Shown in pieces: positions 32,346 to 47,154 of a stretch of 64,000 nucleotides of DNA. The notes beneath the pieces were generated by a model. The model was not told where the DNA came from and searched no databases. It saw only the letters and a program-made list of their open reading frames with translations. The translations under genes were made by a program, and so were the position numbers. The stretch lies in the NCBI RefSeq assembly GCF_009914755.1, contig NC_060925.1. One strand, 5' to 3'. The first letter of the stretch is position 1. Each line of letters starts with the position of its first letter. The stretch is from the human T2T-CHM13v2.0 reference genome, Homo sapiens.

Positions 32346-35300
32346 CTTTTTTTTTTTCTTGAGGAAACAGTGTGAAAGGAGGTGATGACAGAGCTAAGGG
32401 ACTATAATATTCTAACCCAAGTTGCTAATGTGTCTTCTGGATTTTATGTGAGTAAAGTTTCCCCTAGAATTTAAACAACTGATTTACAAATAACTATAAA
32501 TTTAATTCCCCCCCTTTTTGTAATTAGGGAATGAAAAAGATATAAACTGGCATTTGGCCTTTTATTCAGAAAAATACGTAAATATTTTATAAACGGTCTT
32601 GTTACCCACATATTATCTTGATGATTCTAGTTCTATCCTACAGTTACAAATCACATATTTTCTTTCTCTTCTAAATAATTTCAATATATGAAGACTACAG
32701 TATATAAACCGTATGTATCTTATTCACTGAATCATAAATGATTACATAAATAATCAATACTTAATAAAAATGCAGCCTATAACTTCACGGCATCTAGCAG
32801 ATATCTGGAACCTACAACAAAAAGACAAGGCATTTTAGAACAAAATTGAGTACGTGGAGGGGGAAGATGTCTGGCAATAACCTGAATTCATCTATTCAAA
32901 CACAGGTCTGCAAAGAAAGTAAAGACTCTTTGGCAGCCAACATTTAATATTACGACTTAAAGGCTAATTTGCAGATCACATAGCAATAAACAGCTATTAG
33001 AGAGATTAAATGGTCTAAGTAAAATAAAGAGCTTATCTTTTATTGTAAACTAATAGTCTTCTTCATTCACTGAAAGAAAGAACATCTGAGTTCTTACAAA
33101 ATAAAGCTCAAGAAAAAAAATCTTATATACCCTAAGTGAATTCCTACAAGAAATGAGGATTGGAGGGTATGATTTTCTCGTAAGAATTCATGACTAGAAG
33201 CCATAAACTGTAGCTAACCGGCTATGATTCCTCTACATCCTACAAATGGTAGACATTTCAAAAAGGCTCCTTTAAGACATAAAGACATCAATTATTCCCT
33301 AACGGCATCCCAAGTAAAAACAGGCTGCCAACAGTCAGCATGCTGGCACAGCACCAAAGACTGTGAATTTTAAGCAAGGGCAGTGAAAAGACTGAGTATC
33401 TTGAGAACTAGGTTCTTAATGACTGGAGGTGGATTAGTTAAATCTGTTCAAGTAATAAGGGCAGGGTAGAAAAAAAATGGCCTAGTCATTATGATTCCTT
33501 TGGTATTTATGGTAATAAACATGAATCATGATGAACTCACTGGCTATTAAACGCAGAGGTCATAAGTACTTCGATAGGATTTCCACAGGAATTCACCGTT
33601 AATTAGCTGGATCATTATTTGAAAGTGTTACTGAATTATCTTAGCATTTGTGCAGCCATTCCCCTCAAATTGGTCATTCCCAGCTGAGGGCAGTTAATGC
33701 CTTAACAAACTGGTCATTAACTCCAGTAACTGATTTTGTGGGAATTATTGCACTTATAAAGTACATTCAAGAGTTTATAAGAAACATTGCATCTTTTTTT
33801 CTTTTTAAAGAAATTTACAGCTGTAGTTCAGCTGGAGCAGCTGAAGGAGAAAAAACTATCAGCTCTCTGGGCTGCTCTCACAATCGATTTTCTGCCAATT
33901 AAAGGGCAAAACACATGCTGATGGGTTTTGAATTTTAAAATGTCTTCAGTTTTTTCATCTGTGAAGTGATCAGTAAAAACACCATTCAATTACTAATTTT
34001 GTAAGACACTTGGGATTTTTCATTCACAGTTCAGTCAAGCAGAAATACGAGTTCTGAACATGAGAACTCAAAAGCCAAATTTCCGCTTCTGCAGTAGATC
34101 CAGCCCAACACTGTGAAAACAAAGTGAGAACACAAGTTATGGGCCACATTATTAGCCAGATTCTCATTCCCTTCTATACTCTATGTCTTCTTCTTTCAAA
34201 GTAGAACACTCCCTTTGATGTCACAGAGGCTCCATGAAAAGATAATAGAAGTGGGAATATAAGCACACCTATATTAGGATAGAATAGCATTAAGGTGATA
34301 TATTACCCCTGGAAAGTCTATATGAATACAACATGCTTCAAAATTTGCAGGTGTCTTTACATTTATTACGGAGTGAGAGCCCCTAAAGTTCTATCAATAC
34401 AGTGAAAATGCCACAGGTGAAAACCACCACTTAAAAGATAATTGCAACAATTATTGAACATGTTAACTACACACTGACATAGACTAAAAACACATTGAAG
34501 CTATATCAGAACATCTTTGATACATGTTTCCATATAATTTTATGCTTAACTTATTAGAGCATATACTGCAGATATATACTCAATATAAACAGATAGCCTT
34601 AGTTTAAACTTGAATTTGCACAGACCAATGTTTAAGACTGTAACTACATTGGATGATCTCTTTTATAATATATTTGTCTATAGTCGAGATTTGAGATGAA
34701 CAGATAAAAACCAACAGTTGTTAACCAACAGTTAAGGGGAAAAAATAACATAATTTATAGGTTACAAAGATCAGTATGAAAACATTAAGTACAACAATAG
34801 TTTCTGAGGTACAGTGGTTCACGGATAAGTAATTTTTTATGTCCAATTATTTAATTTTAAAAGTATGAGAAACTAACATTGCAGATCTACCAGTAAGCTA
34901 AACATTCTGTTTTTAGAGATAGTCACTAAATGAGTACTCTTATATAGAACATTTTTGATAGATTTTCATTTGTTTTAGTATGTACAACTGTACATTTTGC
35001 CACGCAGCTTATTTTTCATCATATCTTCAATTATTTTATTATGTCTTCTGTAGAATTTTTATTACATCCATAGAATACAAGTTATTTGCAATAAGATCTA
35101 AAGAATACACATACTTGTGGTACAAATGATAAGGATCAAAATAAAGCCCTTAACAATGACTGCTTTCTAGCCTGTATGTCCAAATCATTGACTTAATATG
35201 CTTTGGCCAAATTTTACCATCTAGAAATGGAGACACCCTAGGCAATATTCACACACACACAGTATTGGAACCAGCTGGTGACAGAAGAATCTTAAGAAAA

Positions 35301-36921
35301 AAGGCTTCTTGATTTAATTGGGAAAACAGGAGGAAGCATAAATTTTACTGCCATTAATAACTTCAAGCAATCTTGATATGAGTCTACCTCACCCTGACGG
35401 CGAGACATGTGCTTTCTGTTAAACTGTTTGCCACTTCTGACCCCTATTGTTTGCTCACTTGATCAGGTAAGAAAATGTAGGTTTATTTATAGGATAAATG
35501 AGGCCTATTAAAATTGAGAAACAGTGTAGTAGTCTATGAGGAGTTGTGTTCTGAAACAGATGTGTGAAATTCCATAACAGTTTGGTAATAAACAGACCAA
35601 CCAAACCAATTTATTTTTTAAAAAATCTACTTTAAGTTTCTTAAAGAAACTATCATAAAGGCAACCTAGTTTCAAAAAAATGGAAAACACTTCATTTTGC
35701 TTGGAAATCATTATTCTGACCATTTCCAAACAGTTTTTAATAAGTCAGAAAAGGCAAAATGTTGCTTTCTTCACAAAATAAAGTTTCATTTTTTCATTCT
35801 TTATGATGCTGTTGGTAAATTAAAAGTTAGATCATATTAATATAAAGTAAATAAGTGAATTTAAAATTGTGGAAAAATTTCAAAGGTGTTCAGAAGTTAA
35901 CTTTGTCAATTTTCTTTTAAAGACATATGACAGAATGGTCAAAGGAAATAACCCTTAGTTTTTATATGATCAAAGTTTAGAGTTCAACAGTATCTGCTCT
36001 GGTGATCTCCAAAAATAAGGGAAATCAGACTTGTCTAAACCGGAAGAAATCAAACATTTGTCACTTAACTCTTGACCTGGTCTGACTCCTTACATGCTGA
36101 TGAAACTGTTCTACAGCTCTGTAAAATGCCCCAAACCCATATTACCTAAATGTAATCTAGACAAAAATGAATCAGGTGCCATTCTTACTCTCAAAATCAA
36201 TTTTGGGTCTACTCACAGAATAGAGAAACATTTATATCAATATGGAACACCTTAGAAACTCTAATTTGTCTTCCAATGAAGACAATATGGTCTAACATTA
36301 CTGACTAAAAATTAGACCTTTTGAAATTATTCACATAAAATTGTGAAACAGGCCTGATGTGCTATTGAATTTAGGAGTCCCAATTTTCCTGTCATAACCA
36401 ATAACATTAGTTTCTGCACAAGCCAGCCATGCAAACTGGCACAGATTTAAAACTCTTAAAGTTAGAAGAATCAAAATTTACACAGGTAGAACTCAGAATC
36501 AAAATTTAAATGATGGCTCAAACCTTCATACTAGTAGCTTTCAGTGCCATACATTTATCACTGACCAGGGTGGCTCTGCTGATTAAAAGATAACTTTAAG
36601 AAATATGTCAGAGCTATTAACTTTTTTAGTTAATTTGCATAGGTTTATAAATTATATATGAAAATGCTTAACACAAGTACACCAGATGAATATTCACTTA
36701 TTCTAAGTATAGAAAAGCTTAGCAACATCTATTGGTAACACTACTAATTCCTCAGTTTTTAAGGATGAGAAACATTCTCATCTCTGCTTATAAATGAGCT
36801 AAGGAGGTATCCCAAGGCAGGGTAATTCTGTGATACTGGGTTCTAATTATATGGACTTCTGAATACGTTTAAAGAACAGTTTACTAACCTAGGATTAAGA
36901 CTGCCATTTCATCTATTTGAA

Positions 36922-37203
36922 CAGTGGTTCTCAAACTATCTGTGGTGGTGAGCCAGGTTTTTTCATTTCTTCCCCTAACATTTTTATTAAAGTACAATAA
37001 AAATGAAATTAAACAAAAGATATATAAAATAGAAGATGCAAATTTTTATTATTACATTCAGCAGACAAAATCTTATTCAGTCAAACTGCTATATGTGTCT
37101 AAGTGCTTACTTTCAATTTTTGGACTTACTCATTATAGACCAGTAACAACCAATAACAAATAGACCAAGTATTGCTCTGTGGACCATACTTTGAGTATCA
37201 CTG
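36922..37203. mobile_element. hAT-Charlie-type MITE (subfamily not assigned)
   Basis: TIRs cagtggttctcaaact and actttgagtatcactg; 8-bp TSD tatttgaa/tattagaa. Confidence 0.75.
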
Positions 37204-37313
37204 TATTAGAAGATTCCTGCCCTGAATTCACTGATACATGAGAAAGCTATAAAATATAAGTGAAATTAAGGTGCTATTTCAATGTTTAAAACAAACCCTC
37301 TATAACAAATCCT

Positions 37314-39777
<2,464 letters not shown>

Positions 39778-40159
39778 CCCTGTATACCCAGGTCTAGAAA
39801 TACTCAAAACTGTGAAGAAAACTGTTTTCTGTGTCCCTGATCTCTCATTTGGCAACCATTAGCCCCCTCGAGTCTTTCCCTTCCTTTTCTCCCTCCTTAT
39901 CATGACTAACATTTGTATACGACTTTCTAGTTATCAAGAAAATATATGTTTATTCTCTCATCTGATTCTCAGAACAAACCTATTTTATCAGAATAGGACC
40001 TATTTTATCCCCTAACTTTCTAAATAAGACGAAAGGTTCAGTGAAGATCAACTGACTTGCCTAAAGTCACTCAGGTAATAAAGGGCAAAGGGAAGACTCA
40101 AGCTCAGCTCCTTTGATGTTCCTTCCTTTCATGTGTTCCTTTCATCCTTTCATGCATTC

Positions 40160-41090
40160 ATCCCTCTAACCACCCACCAAATATTTATTGAGAACATACA
40201 ATGTGCTAGACATTGTTCTAGGTATTAGGAGTAAAGAAGTGAAGTAAAGAAGTGCCATGCTAATGGTGGTTCAATATTATTCATCTGCCTCTTCCTACAC
40301 ATTGGCTGAGACTGATGGAACTCCATATTGTCATAGAGCTTATGTTGCTGGGGCCTGGAGGGTGGATAGGGGAGGTGGGTGGTGCACAGGTAGTAAACAA
40401 GATGATTACATGGAATTTATATCCAATGATGATTAAGTACTATGGGGTAGCAGCTATATTTTGAAGATAGAGCTGACTGGATTCCTAAGAGTTTGGATAA
40501 AGCACAGGAGGGAAAGAGAAGGGCTGAGGATAACTCTGCCAGTTTTGGTCCAGTTAACTAAAAGATGAAGTTACCATTTACTGACATGAGAAAGACAGTG
40601 AAAATAGTAAATTGAGGTGAGGGTAGGGCAGAGATCGGGAGCTTAATTTTGAACCTGTTAAATCTCAGATGCTAATAAGGCATCCAAGGAGTAATATCTG
40701 GACCAACAAAATCAGGGAGGAGGCTGAGATTATTTCTATTGCTATTTAGAAGACATCCGTATAGGCAGAGTATTTAAATGGAATGAATGAAGTCAGCAAA
40801 GTAGTAAGCATAGATAAAGTCCAAGGACTAAGCCCTGGGGGCATTCTAATGTTTAGAAATTGTAAAGAAGAGGTGGAAGCAGAAAAGGAGACTGAGAACG
40901 ACTGGATATTTAGGAGGAAAGCTATTAAGAGTACTGAGTCCTGGAAAACCAATGGAAAAAGTTAAAGAAGGAGGGAACTGTAACAAATACTGCTCATAGG
41001 TTGAGTAATATGAGTACTAGGAATTGACCATTGGCTTTGGCAATGTGCAGGTCACTGGAACTTGACCAGAGTAGTGTGATGGGGTGTTTG
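40160..41090 (-). mobile_element. L2 fragments
   Basis: aaatatttattgagaacatacaatgtgctagacattgttctagg; gtccaaggactaagccctgggggcattctaatgtttag. Confidence 0.75.
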
Positions 41091-41149
41091 TGTGGGAGGT
41101 GAAGGGTGGGAGTGACAGCTTGATTGGAAAAGATTCAGTAGTGTGTAAA

Positions 41150-41340
41150 ACAATGAGGGGAGGGGACAGAAAGAGGAGAGAATAGAAGGAAGTGGGAAGA
41201 GGGAGACAGAGAGGGAGATGGGCAGATAGGGAAAGAGAAACAGAAAGAGATAAAGAATAGGGAGAGAGGGCATATTAATATATATGAAAGGGAAGAGGGA
41301 AAATGAAGACAGGAAATGAAGATAACTCTTTTGAGGAGAG
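41150..41340 (+). repeat. GA-rich low-complexity tract
   Basis: Nearly pure purine sequence on the + strand. Confidence 0.8.
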
Positions 41341-41409
41341 TTGAAATGGGAAGAAAAGAAATAACATGGTAACTAGAAGGTAAAAGAAGTGACAGTGAAA
41401 AATAATCTA

Positions 41410-43159
41410 TTTTACAATTGCTACGAAGAGAATAAGACATCTAGGTATACAACTTAAAAGGGATGTGAAGGACCTCTTCAAGGAGAACTACAAACCACTG
41501 CTCAACGAAATAAGAGAGGGCACAAACAAATGGAAAAACATTCCATGCTCATGGATAGAAGAATCAATATTGTGAAAATGGCCATACTACCCAAAGTAAT
41601 TTATAGATTCAATGCTACCCCATCAAGCTACCAATGAGTTTCTTCACAGAATTAGAAAAAAACTACATTAAATTTCATATGGAACCAAAAAAGAGCCCAT
41701 ATAGCCAAGACAATCCTAAGCAAAAAGAACAAAGCTAGAGGCATCACACTACCTGACTTCAAACTATACTACAAGGCTACAGTAACCAAAACAGCATGGT
41801 ACTCGTACCAAAACAGATATATAGACCAATGGAAGAGAACAGAGGCCTCAGAAATAATGCCAAACATCTACAACCATCTGATCTTTGACAAACCTGACAA
41901 AAACATACAATGGGGAAAGGATTCCCTATTTAATAAATGGTGTTGGGAAAACTGGCTAGCCATATGCAGAAAACTACAACTGGACCCCTTCCTTACACCT
42001 TATACAAATATTAACTCAAGATGGATTAAAGACTTAAACGTAAGACCTAAAACCATAAAAACTCTAGAACAATACCTAGGCAATACCGTTCAGGACATAG
42101 ACATGGGCAAAGACTTTATGACTAAAACACCAAAAGCAACGGCAACAAAAGCCAAAATTGACAAACGGGATCTAATTAAACTAAAGAGCTTCTGTACAGC
42201 AAAAGAAACTATCATCAGAGTGAACAGGCAACCTACAGAATGGGAGAAAATTTTTGCAATCTATCCATCTGACAAAGGGCTAATATCCAGAATCTACAAG
42301 GAACTTCAACAAATTTACAAGAAAAAAACAAACAACCCCATCAAAAAGTGGGAGAAAGATATGAATAGACACTTCTCAAAAGAAGACATTTATGCAGCCA
42401 ACAAACATATGAAAAAAAGCTCATCATCACTGGTCATTAGAGAAATGCAAATCAAAACCACAATGAGATATCATCTTATGCCAGTTAGAATGATGATCAT
42501 TAAAAAGTCAGGAAACAACAGATGCTGGAGAGGATGTGGAGAAATAGGAACGCTTTTACACTGTTGGTGGAAGTGTAAATTAGTTCAACCATTGTGGAAG
42601 ACAGTGTGGCGATTCCTCAAAGATCCAGAACCAGAAATAGCATTTGATCCAGCAATCCCATTACTGGGTATACCCAAAGGATTATAAATCATGCTAGTAT
42701 AAAGACACATGCACACATATGTTTACTGCAGCACCATTCACAATAGCAAAGACATGGAACCAACCCAAATGCCCATCAATGATAGACTGGATAAAGAAAA
42801 TGTGGTGCATATACAACATGGAATACTATGCAGCCATAAAAAAGGATGAGATCATGTCCTTTGCAGGGACATGGATGAAGCTGGAAACCATCATTCTCAG
42901 CAAACTAACACAGGAACAGAAAATCAAACACCGCATGTTCTCACTCATAAGTGGGAGGTGAACACTGAGAACACATGGACATCACACACCAGGACCTGTC
43001 GGGTGGTGGGGGGAAGGGGCAGGAATAGCATTAGGAGAAATACCTAATGTAGATGATGGGTTGATGGGTGCAGCAAACCACCATGGCACATGTATACCTA
43101 TGTAACAAACCTGCACATTCTGCATATGTATCCCAGAACTTACACTATAATTAAAAAAA
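41410..43159 (+). mobile_element. 5'-truncated L1PA7-like element
   Basis: ORF2 remnant 41857-42687; 3'UTR ggagaaatacctaatgtagatgatgggttgatgggtgcagcaaaccaccatgg...tatcccagaactta. Confidence 0.9.
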
Positions 43160-46100
43160 CTTTAGTTAATATTTTAAAAGCTGACATAAAAATTTGGAAC
43201 ATTACTCAATTTAAAATGTACAATAATATCACACACAACAGAAAAAAAAGTGTGAATAAACTCAAAAATTCAGAATTGTCCAAAAGAGTTCACCAGTGAA
43301 ATGCCACTTTTATTATTATTATTATTATGTATGCACTCTGTAAAACACTGCCATCTGTCACTATGTGATGTTTAACTTTTATCCAAGAATGAAGGCCCTT
43401 CCAAAGAACACATTTCAATTGCGTATTTTATGCTTGCTCTTGTGCTAAAACCATCCTCAAGCATATCAAACAATCCTCAGCTTATGAAATCTCTAAACCA
43501 AAGCAAATGAGAGGTGCAACAAAATATATGCATGATGCATCAGACAAAAAGCTAGGAAAATTTAACTTTTCAAGTTACTTTTGAAACACTATCAGTACAT
43601 ATTCTAGGGTACTGAAGAATACACTATGACAAGGAATTTCCTTGCCATCTTCCAACCCAGGATAGTCTGACGTAAGGAAGCACCCTTGAGACATATCAAT
43701 GTCAAATGGCTTAATAAGTTTTGACAAGGAAAAAAATTTTTTTGAAGATCTGATTCTTGGATAAGCCAAAAAAATCTTTAAACACTTTTAAAAACGTAAC
43801 ACTATAAAAATCCCCAAAAAGACTGCATCTAACAATTAAGTAAAGCCAAGTTTTGTAAGTCCAATTCAATTTGCAGATAATCACATTTGCTGAAGCCAAT
43901 GGCTATGATAGATCTCCCAGATGGTAGCATTAAGTTACCAGACATAAGAAACTATCTGTCAAAGTATAGGAATGATAGAACTGAAATGATTTATAACTGA
44001 TACTGAACTAAGCAGAAATAAATTTAGTATCCTTATGAAATCTCAGGAAAATAACATTAAAAAATAAGAAATGAATAAATTTGGCAATATTTAAGAGAAG
44101 GAAAACAAAGGAATATTCATATATAAGGTTTTCCATGGAACCAATTAAAATTTTAGATTTTCTGCACTCTTAGGGAAAGATCAAAACTACTCAAACAATT
44201 TCAGCATGAGATAGAAAATTTAAAATAATTATTTATAATATTCTTTACAAATCCCTTTTTGTGTCTCTGGTGTTAATAGAAAAAGCTAAAATCAAAATTC
44301 TTAAATGAAATGCTTTATGTGACAAAACAATATTAAAATAATTTTTGGTTCTATTGAATTACAGTTTCCCTTAGAGCCTTCCATGGAAAAAGGGCTGAGC
44401 TATAACACAATTTCTCCTTTGCCTTTAATTATTCAAATCACAGAACCTTAATTTTATATATTTTTTTCAGTTTGTTTTCCAAGTAAACTTTGAGTGAAGT
44501 TATTCAGTCATTAACACCAATCTCACAACAGCAGGGGTCGCAATGTACTAGTTAAATGTTTCAGGAAACTGAGAAGCAGATTAACTGTTCATATTGCATA
44601 GATTTATTAGAGCATGAAAGATTCACAACTCATTGTACTCTAGTGAAAATAATCTATCATTAAATATAAAAAAGATTTTTCTGTTGTGGGGGTCCCCAAA
44701 TTATAATAAAGAAAACCTGCTTAAAAGCTGATAGCATTTCTAGTTGAAACAGCATAAAAATCACTTATGCTAAGTTCTACCATGTGCATTAGCTCCACAG
44801 AGAGGCTTCTACACCTCTTAAAAAATAAGTAATTTCTATATATGAAATAGGTAATTCTTTAATTCAGTCAACTGTCAACTTGAACATATATCAAACAGTG
44901 AGTTTATTTCTGAAGAAAAAAGCAAACTGACCATTCATGTCTACTGCATACTTTTAAATTCTTTTCTCCACAGTGAAGAAAATGTACCCCAAATACTTTA
45001 AATATTTGATTTACAGAAGGTTTCTGCCATTGAATTTCTTTAAATTTTAATTCCATGTAAATCACTCCAGTTATTTGCCAAAAAATAATCTAAAATAATT
45101 TAGATTGTCTACTATTTAACACATTAAAAATCAACTAAAAATAAAACTTAAAAAAATCCATCAGAAACAGTGATATTTCTGAAGGTTTGAAGGAAAACAA
45201 GTCTAACCACCTCCTCTAGTTCACTATCTTTCATCAAACCAACCAGGAAGATCAAATCAATGAGTAGCTAATAACTAGCATAAAAAAGGGAATACAGTAA
45301 AATACAAAGTGTCCATTGCAAATAGAAAAGGTAAATACTGTTTTGTGAACATTTTTGTTTAATTACATATATTAAACAAATGTTTAAATATATATCAAAT
45401 ATAATATGTAATATATAGACATATATTGACATGTGAATATACATGTATATAAACATATACACATTACATACACATGTGAGGGTTGGGCTACACTGTAAAA
45501 TACATATTTAAAATAATATACTTTTTAACCTTAGGAAAAATATATCTTACTACGGATTGAGGTAAAACAAGTGTGAAAGTCAGTGCTCTAAATAAATTTT
45601 TCTTGTCCTTTTCAAATTCATGTCCTTTATAACACAGTTTCCTTACTATATCTTTTGTATAAGCATTGTAGCCAAAGACCACATATGTTAAATGTATCAC
45701 TGAATTACTCAATTGAGAAGTTTAGCTTACTGTGTTAGGAGTTAATGATTTAATTGTCTACACATGTAACATATATATTAACAAATGTAAAAATGACCAT
45801 TCTAGTAATATCATGAAATCAATTATACACTAAATGCAATTTCTTTGAACACAGCAGAGAGATACAATTAAGCAAAATCAGTTTCTTCAGAGTCAAAAGA
45901 AATGTTACAAGGTCCACACAATAAAACTCAAGAACATTACTAGGAATAGAACCCTTGGGGAACTCATTTGTAATTCATTTTTTAAAAAATATACAATTCA
46001 AATAAGTTCAGTTGTCAGTTTCCAAGACCACAAGAGAATAGAAATAGATTATTATAGAAAAGAAAAATTGCTGCTATAGAAATGCTGCTGGTACAGAAGA

Positions 46101-46459
46101 AATGTGAAGTGACAGCCAAGGCCAGGGGAAAAACAGAAAAATTGTATATAAAAATGAAAAATACATGGCGTTCTGGGGCCATTTAGCAAGGAGAAATCCT
46201 TGGGCATGGTAATAATATTTATGGCCCTGTATAATAAATTATCTTCAGACTTGCAAACTTTAATAAATGATAGTAAGAACAATAACAGCTACACACATTA
46301 TAGCCTTTGAACCTAGGGACTCTGGCTCCAAATCCCATGCTTTTAACCACTACACTATACTGCTTCTCACTAAAATTTAAAATTACGTTCAAGATATTAA
46401 AGTAAATTTAAGAAAATACTTTAGAAAACAAAGATGTAATTGATTTTTAAAAGACATTC

Positions 46460-47154
46460 TGCTATAAACTGAATGTCTATGTTCCCCCAAAATTCTTATG
46501 TTGAAACATAATCTTGAATGTGATAATATTTGGGGCTGGGTCCTTTGAGAGGTGGTTACGTCATGAAAGCAGAGCCATCATGTACGGGATTGGTGCCTGT
46601 GACAGTCTGTTGGCATGCTGCTAATACAGACATACCCAAGACGGGGTAATTTATAAAGAAAAAAAGACTGGGGAGGCCTCACAATCATGACCGAAGGCAA
46701 ATGAGGAGCAAAATTACATCTTACATGGTGGCAGACAAGAAGAGCTTGTGTAGGGGAACTCCCATTTATAAAAACATCAGATCTGGTGAGACTTATTCAC
46801 TACCATGAGAACACTATGCGGAAAATGCCCCTATGATTCAATTATCACCACCTGGCCCGGCCCTTGAAACGTGGGGATTATTACAATTCAAGGTAAGATT
46901 TGGGTGGGGACACAGCCAAACCATACAGTGCCTTTAGAAAAGACACCTCAAAGGCTCCATTTCCCCTTCTGCCATGTGAGGACATGGTGAGAAGACAGCT
47001 GTCTATGAACCGGGAAGCAGGCCATCCCCAGAGCCTGCATCTGTTGGCACCTTGATCTTGAACTTTACAGCTTCCAGAACTGTGAGTAATAAATTTCTGT
47101 TGTTTATAAGTCACCCAGTCTATTCCCTTATAGAAACCTGAACGACCTAAGATA
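46460..47154 (+). mobile_element. MLT1A-type MaLR LTR split by a THE1 insertion
   Basis: tgctataaactgaatgtctatgttcccccaaaattc start; cagcttccagaactgtgagtaataaatttctgttgtttataagtcacccagtct end. Confidence 0.85.
46598..46927 (-). mobile_element. THE1B/C solo LTR with 5-bp TSD
   Basis: Reverse complement begins tgtatggtttggctgtgtccccacccaaatct; TSD gtgcc at 46593-46597 and 46928-46932. Confidence 0.92.

Noticed and set aside
41857-42961. 276-aa and 80-aa ORFs
   Set aside because: C-terminal ORF2 remnants of a truncated L1PA7-like element.
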